From Eutreptiella sp. 'Long Island Sound 2002' (lineage: Eukaryota > Protista > Euglenida), in assembly GCA_964036045.1 (NCBI GenBank), contig OZ038378.1, positions 17,112,001 to 17,176,000 of the forward strand: a DNA stretch of 64,000 nt. The letters are read 5' to 3'. The notes beneath the pieces were generated by a model that had not been told where the DNA came from, made no database searches, and worked only from the letters and a program-made list of their open reading frames with translations. Made by a program: the position numbers and the translations under genes. Positions 1 to 11,359 of the stretch are shown piece by piece (within the stretch, counting starts at the first letter, position 1; each line of letters opens with the position of its first letter).

Positions 1-387
1 CACTCCAAGAATGCTGAAACTGTTGCTTTTTTGTCTTTGGCCGAGTCGGATCGTTGTACCCTTCGACAGAAGCATTCTGATTGTGCTGAAGATTGGGTTA
101 TTTGTGAGCTGTGTGTCCGCCAAGCCCGCCCAAACCCTTTTTTTGGGTCAACGTCTAGTCGGTCCGCTACTTCAACCAGTACTACTACTGCTGCTACTAA
201 CGCTACTGATACTGCAACAAGTTCAGCCACTACTACTGCCACACGTGCTGTACCAGTGAAACCAGTGAAACCTTTACGCAAGGCAAAGAAAGAGAAGACA
301 TTGAAGACCATCACCGTGGATGACCGTGTGCCTCAGGGTACATTACCCAGCCGGCGAGTGGCTGGATTCAAAGATTTGTGGTCCCCA

Positions 388-612
388 GCTTTTTTGTTGT
401 TGTTTGTGATTGTGTTCAATGCATGTCATGTGCACTTGTAATGCTGAAAAAGCGCCAGAAAAAGCGCCAGAAGCGCCAGAAAAAGCGCCAGCAAAAGCGC
501 CAGAAGCGCCAGAAAAGTACCAAGCTTTTTTCTTGTTGTTTGTGATTGTGTTCAATGCATGTCATGTGCACCTGTACTGCTGAAAAAGCGCCAGAAAAAG
601 CACCAGAAAAAA
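388..612. repeat. Tandem duplication with (AAAAAGCGCCAG)n subrepeats
   Basis: agcttttt.ttgttgtttgtgattgtgttcaatgcatgtcatgtgcac.tgta.tgctgaaaaagcgccag occurs twice (~388, ~524). Confidence 0.85.
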
Positions 613-690
613 GTGCCTGTAGCGGGAATCGAACTCAGGACTCCCCGGTTGTGAGCGCATGCATCTACCAACTTGGGTATGACATGTCTG
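613..690 (-). pseudogene. tRNA-Val(CAC)-like pseudogene or SINE head
   Basis: Minus strand: A-box-like TACCCAAGTTGG (679-668), loop CTCACAA (655-649), B-box GAGTTCGATTCC (636-625) at tRNA-like spacing; acceptor and anticodon stems are poorly paired. Confidence 0.55.
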
Positions 691-1611
691 TGGTACCTTG
701 TGGGTTCTTGGTGGTATAGACTCTGAACATATTTTGGTGATTGGGGTTACCAGGCAGTGCCCTGCTGAGGGTTTTTACCAAAAAAGGTCCGCCCCGCACA
801 GTGGCCCGTACAGTGGAAAAATTTTGCCCCGAACAGGGGGCGGGTTGCTACAAGAGCAAAGAATTGGACGAGAGAGGGCAAGTGGATTGGAACCATCATA
901 AGGAACTGGCAGAGGGGCAAACAAGAGACAGAGGGACAAAAAGCCCAGACACCCAAGAGGCGCATCGCACTGGGGATGGTGCAGAGCAGGAGCAGGGAGA
1001 GAGGACTGAAACATGACGCCGAAAATGCATGATCACTCCACTCTTTTCCATGTTGTGCCTGCTATTTTCCTCCTGCGCACATATAGTTGGCCAGAATCGC
1101 CAATTGTCTGGCACAAAGTCGCAAATGAGAGTGCTGAGAGCCGCAGTTCCAGCAAGTTGCCAGGTTGTCGCCTGAAGAAAAATGCTCGGATGTGTGCATG
1201 CGTCCTGTGAATCCTCTCTTTCCTGCCCCTGGAACAGTTGATGTGATGATGACCCCTTGATGTGTTTTAGGAGATTTAGGCGATTCAAGTTTTCGGCTTG
1301 AGGCCAGCAGTGCAGTTTGGCCCTGCTGGCGCAAAAATGCAGGAGATGTGTATCCCAGGCTTTCTTTTAGCTGTAAACCCCAGGTGACCACAAAGTACCG
1401 AAGACGAACAACACCAGCTGAGGACAACAACCGAGGATAAAGACAGTGGCCAAGGACGAGAGCGAGATGGACCTGGCGCAATGGTACATGGCAAAAGGAG
1501 CCATGGATGACGTTCAGAGCCCAATAGTAAACCATCGCGACAAAATTCCACAAACGGAACACAAACTTCGTCGATCAATGTTGTTTTGGCAATACACATT
1601 TTTTTTTGCAG

Positions 1612-1795
1612 TCGAACAAAGCCGCTGTGTCACCCTGGCCGTGCACCCTTTGATCCTGAAGATGTTCATCCTTTTCATTCAACCACCTCGCCGTCACATC
1701 GTTCCTTCAACTCGGCTCTTGATGTGGCACCACAAAATTCACCGGGACCCAAGCACCCATCCCCTGCAAGTGTGCAGTCGGATGTGAAGGCAGAG
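1612..1795 (+). CDS. Putative exon of an unknown Ser/Pro-rich protein with repeated DP..VHPF motif
   Basis: Acceptor ttttttttgcag|T (phase 2), donor GAG|GTATGG; encodes RTKPLCHPGRAPFDPEDVHPFHSTTSP...QNSPGPKHPSP. Confidence 0.5.
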
Positions 1796-3149
1796 GTATG
1801 GGCGACGAGGCCCCTCAGCATTCTACTTCTGTCCCACTCCTGCCTGAGACCCCAGACTGAAGCAGATCTACAGCAATCTCTGCACACCAATTCATCAATT
1901 GGGGTTTGCGAAAACAGCTGGCCGCCTCTACACTGCCTGAGAAGCTTCTCCAACAAGGCCCGTGTGACGCCTGTTGTGACTGGCATCATGGTCTATGCCC
2001 AAAAAGTATTCATGGAGAATAAAATGTGAACCTGACAATCCTGCACAAATTTTGTGTGCATGTTTATCTGGCAGTACAGGCACGCATCCCTTCTCTGCCA
2101 TTCAGCCATCGGAATCATCTTTTTTTTTTAACCATGAAGCACATGCGTCTAGTTTTTCATTGTTTATTCTTTCAATCTTTAGTGTGTGACCAGTATCTCC
2201 TCTCCAGAATGAAGCTACAGAGGGCGCTTCCCATGCAGCGTGCATTGCGGCAAGTTGGAAGAGAATCCTACCAGTATTAGGAGTGTAGATTCTTCTAGCA
2301 ATTTGACACCGAATTTTGTGCTCTGTGTAGGTTACAATAGGAGGAACAGTGGTTATTGTTGAATTTTACCCCTGGACATTGTTTTTACAAGAATATTTGC
2401 AAATGAAATTTGTCATTGTAGGGTTTCCTGGGGGGCGTATGACTTGGTGGGTGCTTTTTCACCACATGGAATGTATGAAAGGCACTTCACAATGAACATC
2501 GCTGGAGAGATGAGACATGATGTGTCACTCTCCCCTCATCGTTTCCGAACCCTACTATAATTGCTGCTTATGCTCACGCTCATGACGTCCCTCCTCTTTA
2601 CCAAAGTAGAAGCATGTGATTCCCTACCACAGTTTGCACGTTGAGTTGGCACGTCTGTGGAGAGCAATGGTGTCAATAGACCACCGTGGATCATCTTGAG
2701 GAAAAAGGTTGAAATCAATTAATTTGGCTTTGAGACCAACAAATAGAGTATTTTGCCCCCCCACTTTGTCTGAAAAAGGGATTCCCGTCTGACCATGGTT
2801 TTCCTTGATTTTGGTTTTGCCCCTACAAGGGGGGAGGACTGGTCTAAATTTTTTTTGCACCACTCAAGGGGTGGAGGTTGTGGGGGAGCGGGAGTGTTGG
2901 GCAATGGGCATGATCTTATGATCAATGGGCATGCTATGAAATTTGCAAGCCCAAAAATATCATCACAACATGGCTTTTTGATGGAGTTCACCTTGTCCCC
3001 ACCTATTGCAACACACCAGTTGTTCCTTGCATATAGCTTGTACCCAAGGGTGACGAATGAGGCTAGATGTCTGCATTGTACCACATGCGTCACTGGGTCT
3101 ATGTCCTATTTGCATTTGCCGTGTTGCTTGCATTCGCGTCCGTGTCAGC

Positions 3150-3452
3150 CGTGTAAGTCGCTTATTTTTTTTTTGGTTGTAGGCCAAGTATACCCTTTTT
3201 TTTTTTTGGCGTAAGTGGCGTGTGGAAAAAAAACTTGAAAATGCTATGGGTACGGGACCTATGCTTAAAAAAAAAGTACGCAATGTACACTTTTTTTTAC
3301 GCGACCTGCATGAACAAAAGTGCACACAACCTACAACCAAAAAAAGGTGCACGTGATTTACGCTTTTTTTTGTGCAACTTACACCAAAAACAAAGTGCAC
3401 GCGACCTACATCCAAAAAAAAGTGAACCCGATTTATGCCAAAAAAAATGAAT
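3150..3452. repeat. Poly-A-punctuated interspersed repeat (second copy 5228-5375)
   Basis: Shared aaaaaaagtgca(c/t)gcga(c/t)ttac(a/g)cc subunits in both orientations. Confidence 0.7.
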
Positions 3453-3529
3453 GCCGCCTCCCTTTCTCTATTTTGAGAGGGCTATGCGGCCACTTTGAAT
3501 CCTCCCTGCTACAAGGACGCCGAGACAGC

Positions 3530-3985
3530 ACAGGTCATGTAGCCATTTTGCCCACACTTCGGCCCCCAGGACGGCAGGGTTATGCACTCCCTTTTGATTT
3601 TGTCCCCACAATGGGGACCCCCAAGCGCAGGGTTAATGTAGCCATTTTGCCCACATGTGGGCCCCTAAGATGGCACAAGTTATGTAGCCCCCCTTTGATT
3701 TTGTCCAAGCATTGGGGACCCCCAAGACGGCATGGGTTATGTAGCCATTTTGCCCACACCTCGGCCCCCAAGATGGTAGGGTTTATGCAACCACTTTTCA
3801 TTTTGTCCCCACATTGGGGACCCCCAAGATGGCAAGGGTCATGTAGCTATTTTACCCACACCTTGGGCCCCAAGACGGCAGGGGTTATGTAGCCAATTCT
3901 GGTTTTGTCCCCACATTGAGGACCCCCAGAATGGTAGGGGTTATGTAACCCCTTGTGATTTTCTCCCCGCACTGGGGATTCCCAA
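3530..3985. repeat. ~100-bp dimeric tandem repeat, ~4.5 copies
   Basis: Alternating atgtagc(c/t)attttgcccac... (3537, 3636, 3739, 3841) and ttgattttgtcccca...ggggacccccaag subunits; related copy at ~46900-47030. Confidence 0.85.
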
Positions 3986-6619
3986 GATAGCAAGTCCATG
4001 CCCGTGGCTCACTGACTTCATTGTGATACAACTTGTTGGTAAGCCATGTTGCAATATCCTTGTCACTCAACCAATCTCCCTCCACAACAGGTGTTGTGTC
4101 AACCACACATGACCTGCAAGTATGCCTCCATGCTACTGGGATGGACACAACCGTATCTTCCCAATGTAGGGGCATAATGAGAAATGGCCATGGCGTTATA
4201 GATCAACCTCCAACAAAACGGGGTCTCCACACATGCGCAGACTGGGGTGTGGTTTCAAAGGGATGGTTGGTCGTGTGGCGACCAATCCTTGCATATTTGC
4301 GATGAGGCGATTGCCCATTAGGGAAGATTGGAGGTTATCTATACACTTTTGCCACAATGATTCATCCGAAAGGCCATGCGCATATCAACGCCGATCGCTT
4401 TGCCTGACTCCCTCCGCTATCCTAGAAAATGGATGCGAGGAGGATGCAATTTGCGAGAAAGCCGGAGAACGTGGTTCTGCACCAGCCTCCAACTATGAGT
4501 CCCCCGCCCCCATCCACTTCGCCCCCCATTGTCGAAGGTAAGGATCCTCTTTTGGAGCCCAAGGACAATAAGCTTGCCACCCCTACTTGGAGCCAAAAGT
4601 TGGAGAATCTCCTACCTCACTAGCCTCCAACTCCAAGGCCCCGCCTCCGTCTCGGGTGCACCAACACCCTACTGGGAGCCAAAGGTCGGGGATTCTCCTT
4701 CCTCCCCAGCCTCCAGCCCAGAGGACCGCCCCAGATCGGCGGTCGCTGAAAGGCAATGTTGATGCCCCCACACCAACCCCGCACTCCTCTACCTCCTTTG
4801 ACCCCACCAAAGATGATAACACCTGCCAATACGTGTTCATATGTGGGCAGCAAGTCTAGGTCCCCAAGGGGTATCCAAAGGACGCACAAGGTCAATTGGT
4901 GCGCGACTAAATGTTTATTGATGACGTGGCCAAGGACCGCAAACAGAATCTCTATCAAGCTTGTGCGTGGAACACCAATCTGCGTGCAAAGCCTAACTCA
5001 TTAGTCTCATTTGATCTTCAAACATGTGTTCACCATCTTCTTATCCATCATCTAGTTGGTGCACGTTTTGTAGCACATTCTCCTCCTCTCTTCTCTCATC
5101 TCCTGTTCTCTCCTCTCCCCTCAAGTCACCCTCCATGCCACAGCTCCAGTGCCTTACCAGGGGTACCCAAAATGTCCGAGGGGGCTATATTCTGGTAGCA
5201 CTGGTGGTTGTTGGGTGGTGGTTGTTGTTTTTTTTTTAATAAAAAAAGTGCATGCGACTTACACCAAACAAAAAGAAGTGCATACGATTTATGCCATGAA
5301 AAAAATTGTTACTTATTTCCACACGCGATTTACGCCAAAAAAAAATACGCGATTTGCGTTTTTTGCGCACTCGACCCACACTTTCCTCTTAGCGTCCTCC
5401 CTATCATCCTATGGTGCAGAGTGGTCAATCTCAACCCTGTAACCCATTGTATCAGCTCTCTGCAATGGCTCAGTTGGCCCCCGGCCCGGATGCATTTAAT
5501 TGGGGCTTGGAATGTACAGGTCTAAGGGCACCCGTATGACATGTTTGGTCAGTCTTGGGCGGCCATTCCTCTTTGGGGGAAGCCCTGACAAGACAGGGGA
5601 CAGGTCAAGACCACCAAGTATGCATTGCCTGAAGGAGCAGTTTGTCATGAACATCAGGAACAACCACTCATGGAGTGATATCAGTGTCTCCCTTTGAAGC
5701 AATTTTAACTGATTCCTCGACATCCAGTGGCAGTGCTTCAGTTGGTAAGACCAGTAGTAGTGACATTTGACTGTAACAATTCTAGCTGAAAGATTGGCTT
5801 CTGTCGCAATTTCTGCAGGTCAATCAGCCCCATTTTGTTTTGCTGTGTCTTTTGTTTGCCACACCAGAATGGGTATGCTAATGTGAGTGGTTGGGTTCGG
5901 GCATTGTGTGTCACTTTTTTTGTCGCAAATATTGTTGCATTTTTTGTTGCAAAAGGCAACCCGGGGGTCCAGCCTGGACGTACCCCTGCAGTTACATCCG
6001 TGCCTGCAAGGCGGGTGGGTGGGGATGCATGGTTTGAGATGAGAAAGACAAGATGATATGGTAAGCATGACTACTCATCCAGTTCCTGTTTCTATTTGCA
6101 CTAACCGTGCCCTAAGTGCACAATGTTCTCTCCAACATCCCCAAGAAAATCCGCCAGCATGGCCAGTTAGTGCTCAGAGGGAGCTTTGGCACCAGTGCAG
6201 TAGTCAGTGGCCTCCACCATGGAAGATGGTGTAGCGAGTCACAATGCAGAGGTAACAGATGATGAACAGGAAATTGTTGCCAATGCTGGAGTGCTTCACC
6301 CATTCGTGTCACCAATGGCAATCTAAAAAATAATGTTTGCTGTCACTATGATCTAAGATCTTGATCCGAAAAAAAGTAATGTGTCCAAAGGTTGTGGCTC
6401 CGGTGGAATTGGGGAAAATGTGCCCAGAATCGGATAACCTTGAATCAAAAGCGCGAATTTCAACTTGAAGTCCAGTGATTTGGACAAACTGGCCCAAGTT
6501 GCAGTGGCCAATTGCAGTTAGCACAATCATATGCACACCATGCGGGATGGGGGTTTCCCACTCCATGTGCATTGGACAGCAGCAATTCCCCACATCTTTC
6601 CCCTCTTCCATGGTTCCAG

Positions 6620-6835
6620 GTCAGCAAAGATCGCCTCTGTCCTCCCGTCAACCCTGACAGTGTACACCCATTCCATGGCCAGTCACCACCCAGCCCTGTG
6701 GTCCCTTCCCAGCGGTCATGCAAGCCCCCATTCCACAAGGATTCGGACACCTTGGTTGAGTCTGACACTGATGCAGAGAGCCCAGACCGTGATCAACAGG
6801 AGTCGGTGTCGTCCCACTCCAACACAAGTCCTGAG
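6620..6835 (+). CDS. Putative exon of the DP..VHPF-motif protein
   Basis: Acceptor tcttccatggttccag|GTC, donor GAG|GTCAGT; 216 nt, phase 0-0; VSKDRLCPPVNPDSVHPFHGQSPPSP...ESPDRDQQESVSSHSNTSPE. Confidence 0.58.
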
Positions 6836-6904
6836 GTCAGTCCTCCAAAGCCCAGGACACATTTCCTGAATAATTTCTCCATCTCACCCTACAAAAAGTT
6901 GCAG

Positions 6905-7671
6905 GCCCGGCGGAGCAGTGCAGATGTCTCTGCAGCACCTGTGGCATGGTCGTGCCTTGAATCCTTCCGCCGCCGAGCCAGTGCTGGGGACATCCAAATA
7001 CGGCGGTGTGCATGTCTGTGTGCGTCTGGTTGTCCAACCCGAGCTACAGGGAGGTAGGGATCCCTAAACAATGACATCGGCTTTGGTACCAAGCACCTCT
7101 GGTATGAGGGGGCACCAAATTATTCGGGGGAGATAAGACCCTAATATCCCGAGTGGGCAAGTATCTGCCGGGATGCACGCGTTGTGACGGTATTTCGGAG
7201 CACGACGGGGTTGTAGTGGTGGGGCTCTCGAGGGAGCCCTTGTTTCGCAGTAATATGACATTTTTCCTGAAGCCACCGGTCAGAAATTGGCCGGTGCATG
7301 AGGTAAGTGCAGACCCTCCGGAGATAGCGGCATATCGACAAGGCGGGCCGCTGGACTTCCACACTTCGCGTGACATAGCTCTCTCCCTTCTCCAGCACGC
7401 GCCCCAGTGCCCCGCAGAAATCCCTTACACACCGGTACCTCCTGTACTTTGGCAAGAGTACACTACCTACCTCTCCCACTCCATACCTACCAAAACCAAG
7501 GGGCGCCAACAAACGCACGTGCGATCAGCTTGTGCGCCACCGCGTCCTTTTAAGAGGGTTTGGCAGAAGATGTTGTCAACTGCCCGGGCATCGGTGGTGC
7601 GCTTTGCCGGGTTGTCAGGGTCCGCCAGGGGTGAAGCTTGGTGTTCCACTGGTCAGATGGCTTCGGCCAAG
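6905..7671 (+). CDS. Putative exon chain 6905-7053 / 7251-7302 / 7396-7671 of the same gene
   Basis: Phase-compatible chain 0-2, 2-0, 0-0, with donors GTAGGG (7054), GTAAGT (7303) and GTGCGG (7672), and acceptors ttgcag, tgtttcgcag and cccttctccag. No homology support. Confidence 0.33.
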
Positions 7672-8504
7672 GTGCGGTGAGACGTGCCGAATTTGGATTG
7701 TCATGGGACAAACCGGAAGAATGAGGGAAATGAGGAAAACAGCAGAGAACCGGAGGGGCTTCGCAGTAAACGCAGCAAACAGGCGAAAAGGTCAGCAAGC
7801 TGAGAAAATTAGGAAAATGGGGCCTGGACGCGGCTATGAATGGGCATTGCAGCCCGCTGGGGCCGAGCAGAGCTGTTACGGGCTGTTGGTCTGGTGACAC
7901 CCGTAGATTCGAGCCGTCATGGATTCAAGTTAACGCCGCCGTGATGAGGGGTGCCCCAATGAGGGATGGAGAGATGGGAAGGCTCTCGAGGTCATTGCAT
8001 CCCCCCTTTTCCCTCCATTTTGATTTTCGGAACATCCCCTCTGCTTGCGCACACTCTCCCTGGTGTCGACCATCCCCCCGCTTCCCCCTGTGGCAAACTA
8101 TATCCATGCCTGTATCCATGCAGGATCAATGACTGGAATGGCATGAAAGGAGTGCTGGGCTATTAAGCGCCTGTTGCCGAACCTCAATGCCACCCTCAAA
8201 CCCATTCCTCTTGTCAGTTTTCACCCATGGCCTCCAAGGTGCTACAGGACCACGTCACTTGAGGCCGCTTTTTCGCACACACCACTGTGCATGGGCTGTG
8301 ACAACATCCCCTCATGTGAAGGTGCAATCGCTCTTTTTGCATGAGCAAGTGAACTTCTTGGGTTCCTCCTGCAGAAGAATGTCATTTCAGAACACCCAAA
8401 GAGCTCACTGCACTGGAATCTGGGTGGTAGTCAATTAGAGATTTCGCTCCTTTGCACTTCCCTCAAACCATGCTGGACTCAAATTACTGTTCATGCTGAA
8501 TTAG

Positions 8505-8925
8505 TCAAACGGCATGGAGAATTGCACTGCAGAGAGCCTGCAGGACTGGCAATGCCGAATGCTGCAGCGGGGTAATGGGGGGGAAAGGTTTGGTCTGGTG
8601 TGATCCCCTCTGTTTGCGTTACGCCCCTGAATGCCAGCCCTGGACATGGTGTGTTTGGTGCTCTGCATTCCACAAGCTCACACGTGAGGATGATCGTGGC
8701 CGTGCACATCAACGGTGCTGCAGTCTGACAGCATTCATGGTCTCATCCCATTCATCCATTTGCAGTTTGTGCCGCACGGTCAATTGTGTTCTGAAGGAAT
8801 GTGGCCCCAGGGGTTGAGCTGTATGGGCGACCCAGCATCACGAATGGAACATTTTGTTCCAGCACTCAATGGAACAGGGATGTGTGCCCCTACGGGACGG
8901 CTCATGTGCTGCAGGATGCAGAGGG
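8505..8925 (+). CDS. Putative exons 8505-8571 and 8811-8925 of the same gene
   Basis: Phases 0-1 and 1-2 link in frame to exon 9094; donors GTAATG (8572) and GTTTGT (8926). Splice-signal inference only. Confidence 0.28.
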
Positions 8926-9093
8926 GTTTGTGAGTTTGGTTGGCTCCAACAAACAAGCGATCAAATGCTGGCTGGGTAGATCCCTAGAGATCTGCCCCAG
9001 TCACACACTCTGTGTGACTGGTGTTGAACAATTTGCATGTGCTAATGCCTCCACCTCCAGAAAATCCTCTGCATCTCTGTACCCTTGTTTCAG

Positions 9094-9343
9094 GTTGCCT
9101 GTGGAGACCATCCCGAACCTCAATCTTCCAATCAACCTTGACAATGTTGACCCTCTTGGGGCAGAAAAGCCCGCTGGTTCCCCAGTATCCCCAGAACGCC
9201 CCTTAAGCCCTGGGGTTGTTGCATTACCACCCAGCCCGGAGCCCCGCCGTAAACGGATGCCCCCCATGCCTTTGGACCCCGATGAAATCTTTCCGTTTGT
9301 GTCCCCACCGCGAACCCCGAACAAGTCACCGGTGTATCCTGAG
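9094..9343 (+). CDS. Putative exon of the DP..VHPF-motif protein
   Basis: Acceptor tacccttgtttcag|G (phase 2), donor GAG|GTGTGC; LPINLDNVDPL...GSPVSPERPLSPG...PMPLDPDEIFPFVSPPRTPNKSPVYPE. Confidence 0.58.
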
Positions 9344-9508
9344 GTGTGCCCAAGACAATCAGTTTACGGTCAGTTTCTGCCCGTGTTTTGTACTATCAGA
9401 AAGAGAGAGAGAAAGAGAGAGAGAGAGTGCATCTCGATTCCGCTGCTCCAGGGGAGGGTTATCTTTCGCAGGATCACATTTTGATTGTCGGCTTATGCAA
9501 ACTGTCAG

Positions 9509-9883
9509 TCCAGTCAAAGCAGTAGTAGGAAGCACTCACAATGCTCAACTCAACACCACGTTGAATCTTCTTGCACCACGCTTGCCAAGAAGGCTTCGCA
9601 CTCTGGGAGTCTGGTCGGATCCTGTGCGATCTGGTCATGTTCATGTGCACATCTATTTCATGGTAGATGCCAGCAATTCCCACGGTGGTATTGGGTCAGA
9701 AGAATGAAGTCGACTGATGGGCCTTCATTACAGGGGGGGTATGATTGCAATTCAACATGGTGTGTGACTGGGGTCATGGCAAGGAAGGCATGCGCAACGT
9801 TGCAGTGGCACGGCGTTCACAATGGTTTGTCTGGGGGGGCCCAAGTGTCACCAGGCCCATGTGTCACCAACCCATACACACAG
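9509..9883 (+). CDS. Possible further exon of the same gene
   Basis: Open 125 codons between aactgtcag| and CAG|GTCAAC, phase 0-0; no motif and no homology. Confidence 0.22.
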
Positions 9884-11249
9884 GTCAACATGGCTTTCCC
9901 ATCAAATTTTATCAAAAAATCAGACTTTTTGAATGGGTCTAGAATGTGGTTTTCATATGCAATAAATTTGCACATTGTAAACCATCCTATAAAGATTGCA
10001 TGAATTGGCTTGTCCTAACAGAACATCCGGCACAGGGAAGAAAGATATCATATGCAACACCTCAGTGGCTGCATCCAATTGAGGTATGAAAATGGTTTGT
10101 GAAAACCATTATCAACAAGCCTCATTCCGCCTTTTCAGTGAACATTCAATAATGTTCCACCTTGGCTGGTTCAGGCCAAGATGAATGTGCTTCATTTACC
10201 CAAAGCCTCAAGTCACAAGTTCGTTGCTTTCTAAGGCTTGAATGGATCGAGGACACATGGCTTCATGGTTATGCTTGGCCTGCATCGGCTCTCATGCTTT
10301 GGCCGGTATCGGCCATCGAAAATGCGATCAATGTTAATTTGAAAATGATGCATCAAATTGCACTATTGAATGCATGTATTTTGAAGTATTTTAGTTACAC
10401 AAGTTGACAGATCTTGGCCGATGCCGGCCAAAGGTTGATTCCGTTGTTGCGCTGCCGCAACTGCAGAAAATGAACAATTTCTGATTTTTCTAAACATAAA
10501 AATTGCAAACAACATGCTGCAAACAAATTTATGAATTATTTGATTGAGCTGAATAACCCAAAAAATCGCCGGCACATTTTTCGGTGGTACCATATTTGGG
10601 TGCCACCTTCAAGGATGCACAGCCATCGCATCGTGCACTATGTCATTGGACAATGCTATTTGGACATACCGGAACAAGCAGACAAAGGTTGTTAGATGCA
10701 ACTCTAATGTCCTAACCCTGAGTGAGCTGTCAAGGTGAAATGATCCAAATTTTGATGCCTACAACTTGGCCTATCTTGGTCGGTTTGAGACACTTGCACC
10801 TTGTGACACTTGGGCCCCCCAAGATTGTCATGCCACCAATCAAACTGCATGCTGCCCATGCCAATGGGTGCCCCAATAGAAGCAATAGCAACAAATCAAA
10901 GAGATGCATCATGTGTACAGCCCACCCTGCAGATTGCAACGACAGGATGTGGAGCTCAGGAACACAAAGGGCCAAACCCAATGCTTTCCATTGTCCGATT
11001 GTGGATACGTGGTGTTTGATCTACTTCATTTGATTCTAGTGGGATGAAGCTTGATTGGCCAATTCGACTCTCCATATGGCAGGTAGACCCCACCCAACAC
11101 TCCAATAGGTCCCAGATTATGCAGGGGCGATGTCTGGGAAAGGCCCACGGAGAGCGGATTCCCATAATAACACGCAAGGATCTATGCAACCCTCCACAAC
11201 CATCAACCCCACGCAACCTACAACCCCCCTCACACTCTCTTAGGCTCTC

Positions 11250-11254
11250 CCTCT

Positions 11255-11300
<46 letters not shown>

Positions 11301-11353
11301 ACACACACACACACACACACGTACACACACACACACACATACACACACACACA
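11250..11353. repeat. (CT)n(CA)n compound microsatellite
   Basis: Direct reading. Confidence 0.97.
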
Positions 11354-11359
11354 TCTCCT

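Noticed and set aside
31-441. ORF with WVICELC and a Thr-rich tract as a PHD-like gene or 5' exon of the motif gene
   Set aside because: Only a half zinc motif; could not be linked by compatible splice phases; may be truncated by the window edge.
1062-1562. Ulp1-like protease on the minus strand (YYWALNVI, CWNCG)
   Set aside because: Catalytic His absent, motif spacing unconvincing, and the region is better explained by + strand exon candidates.
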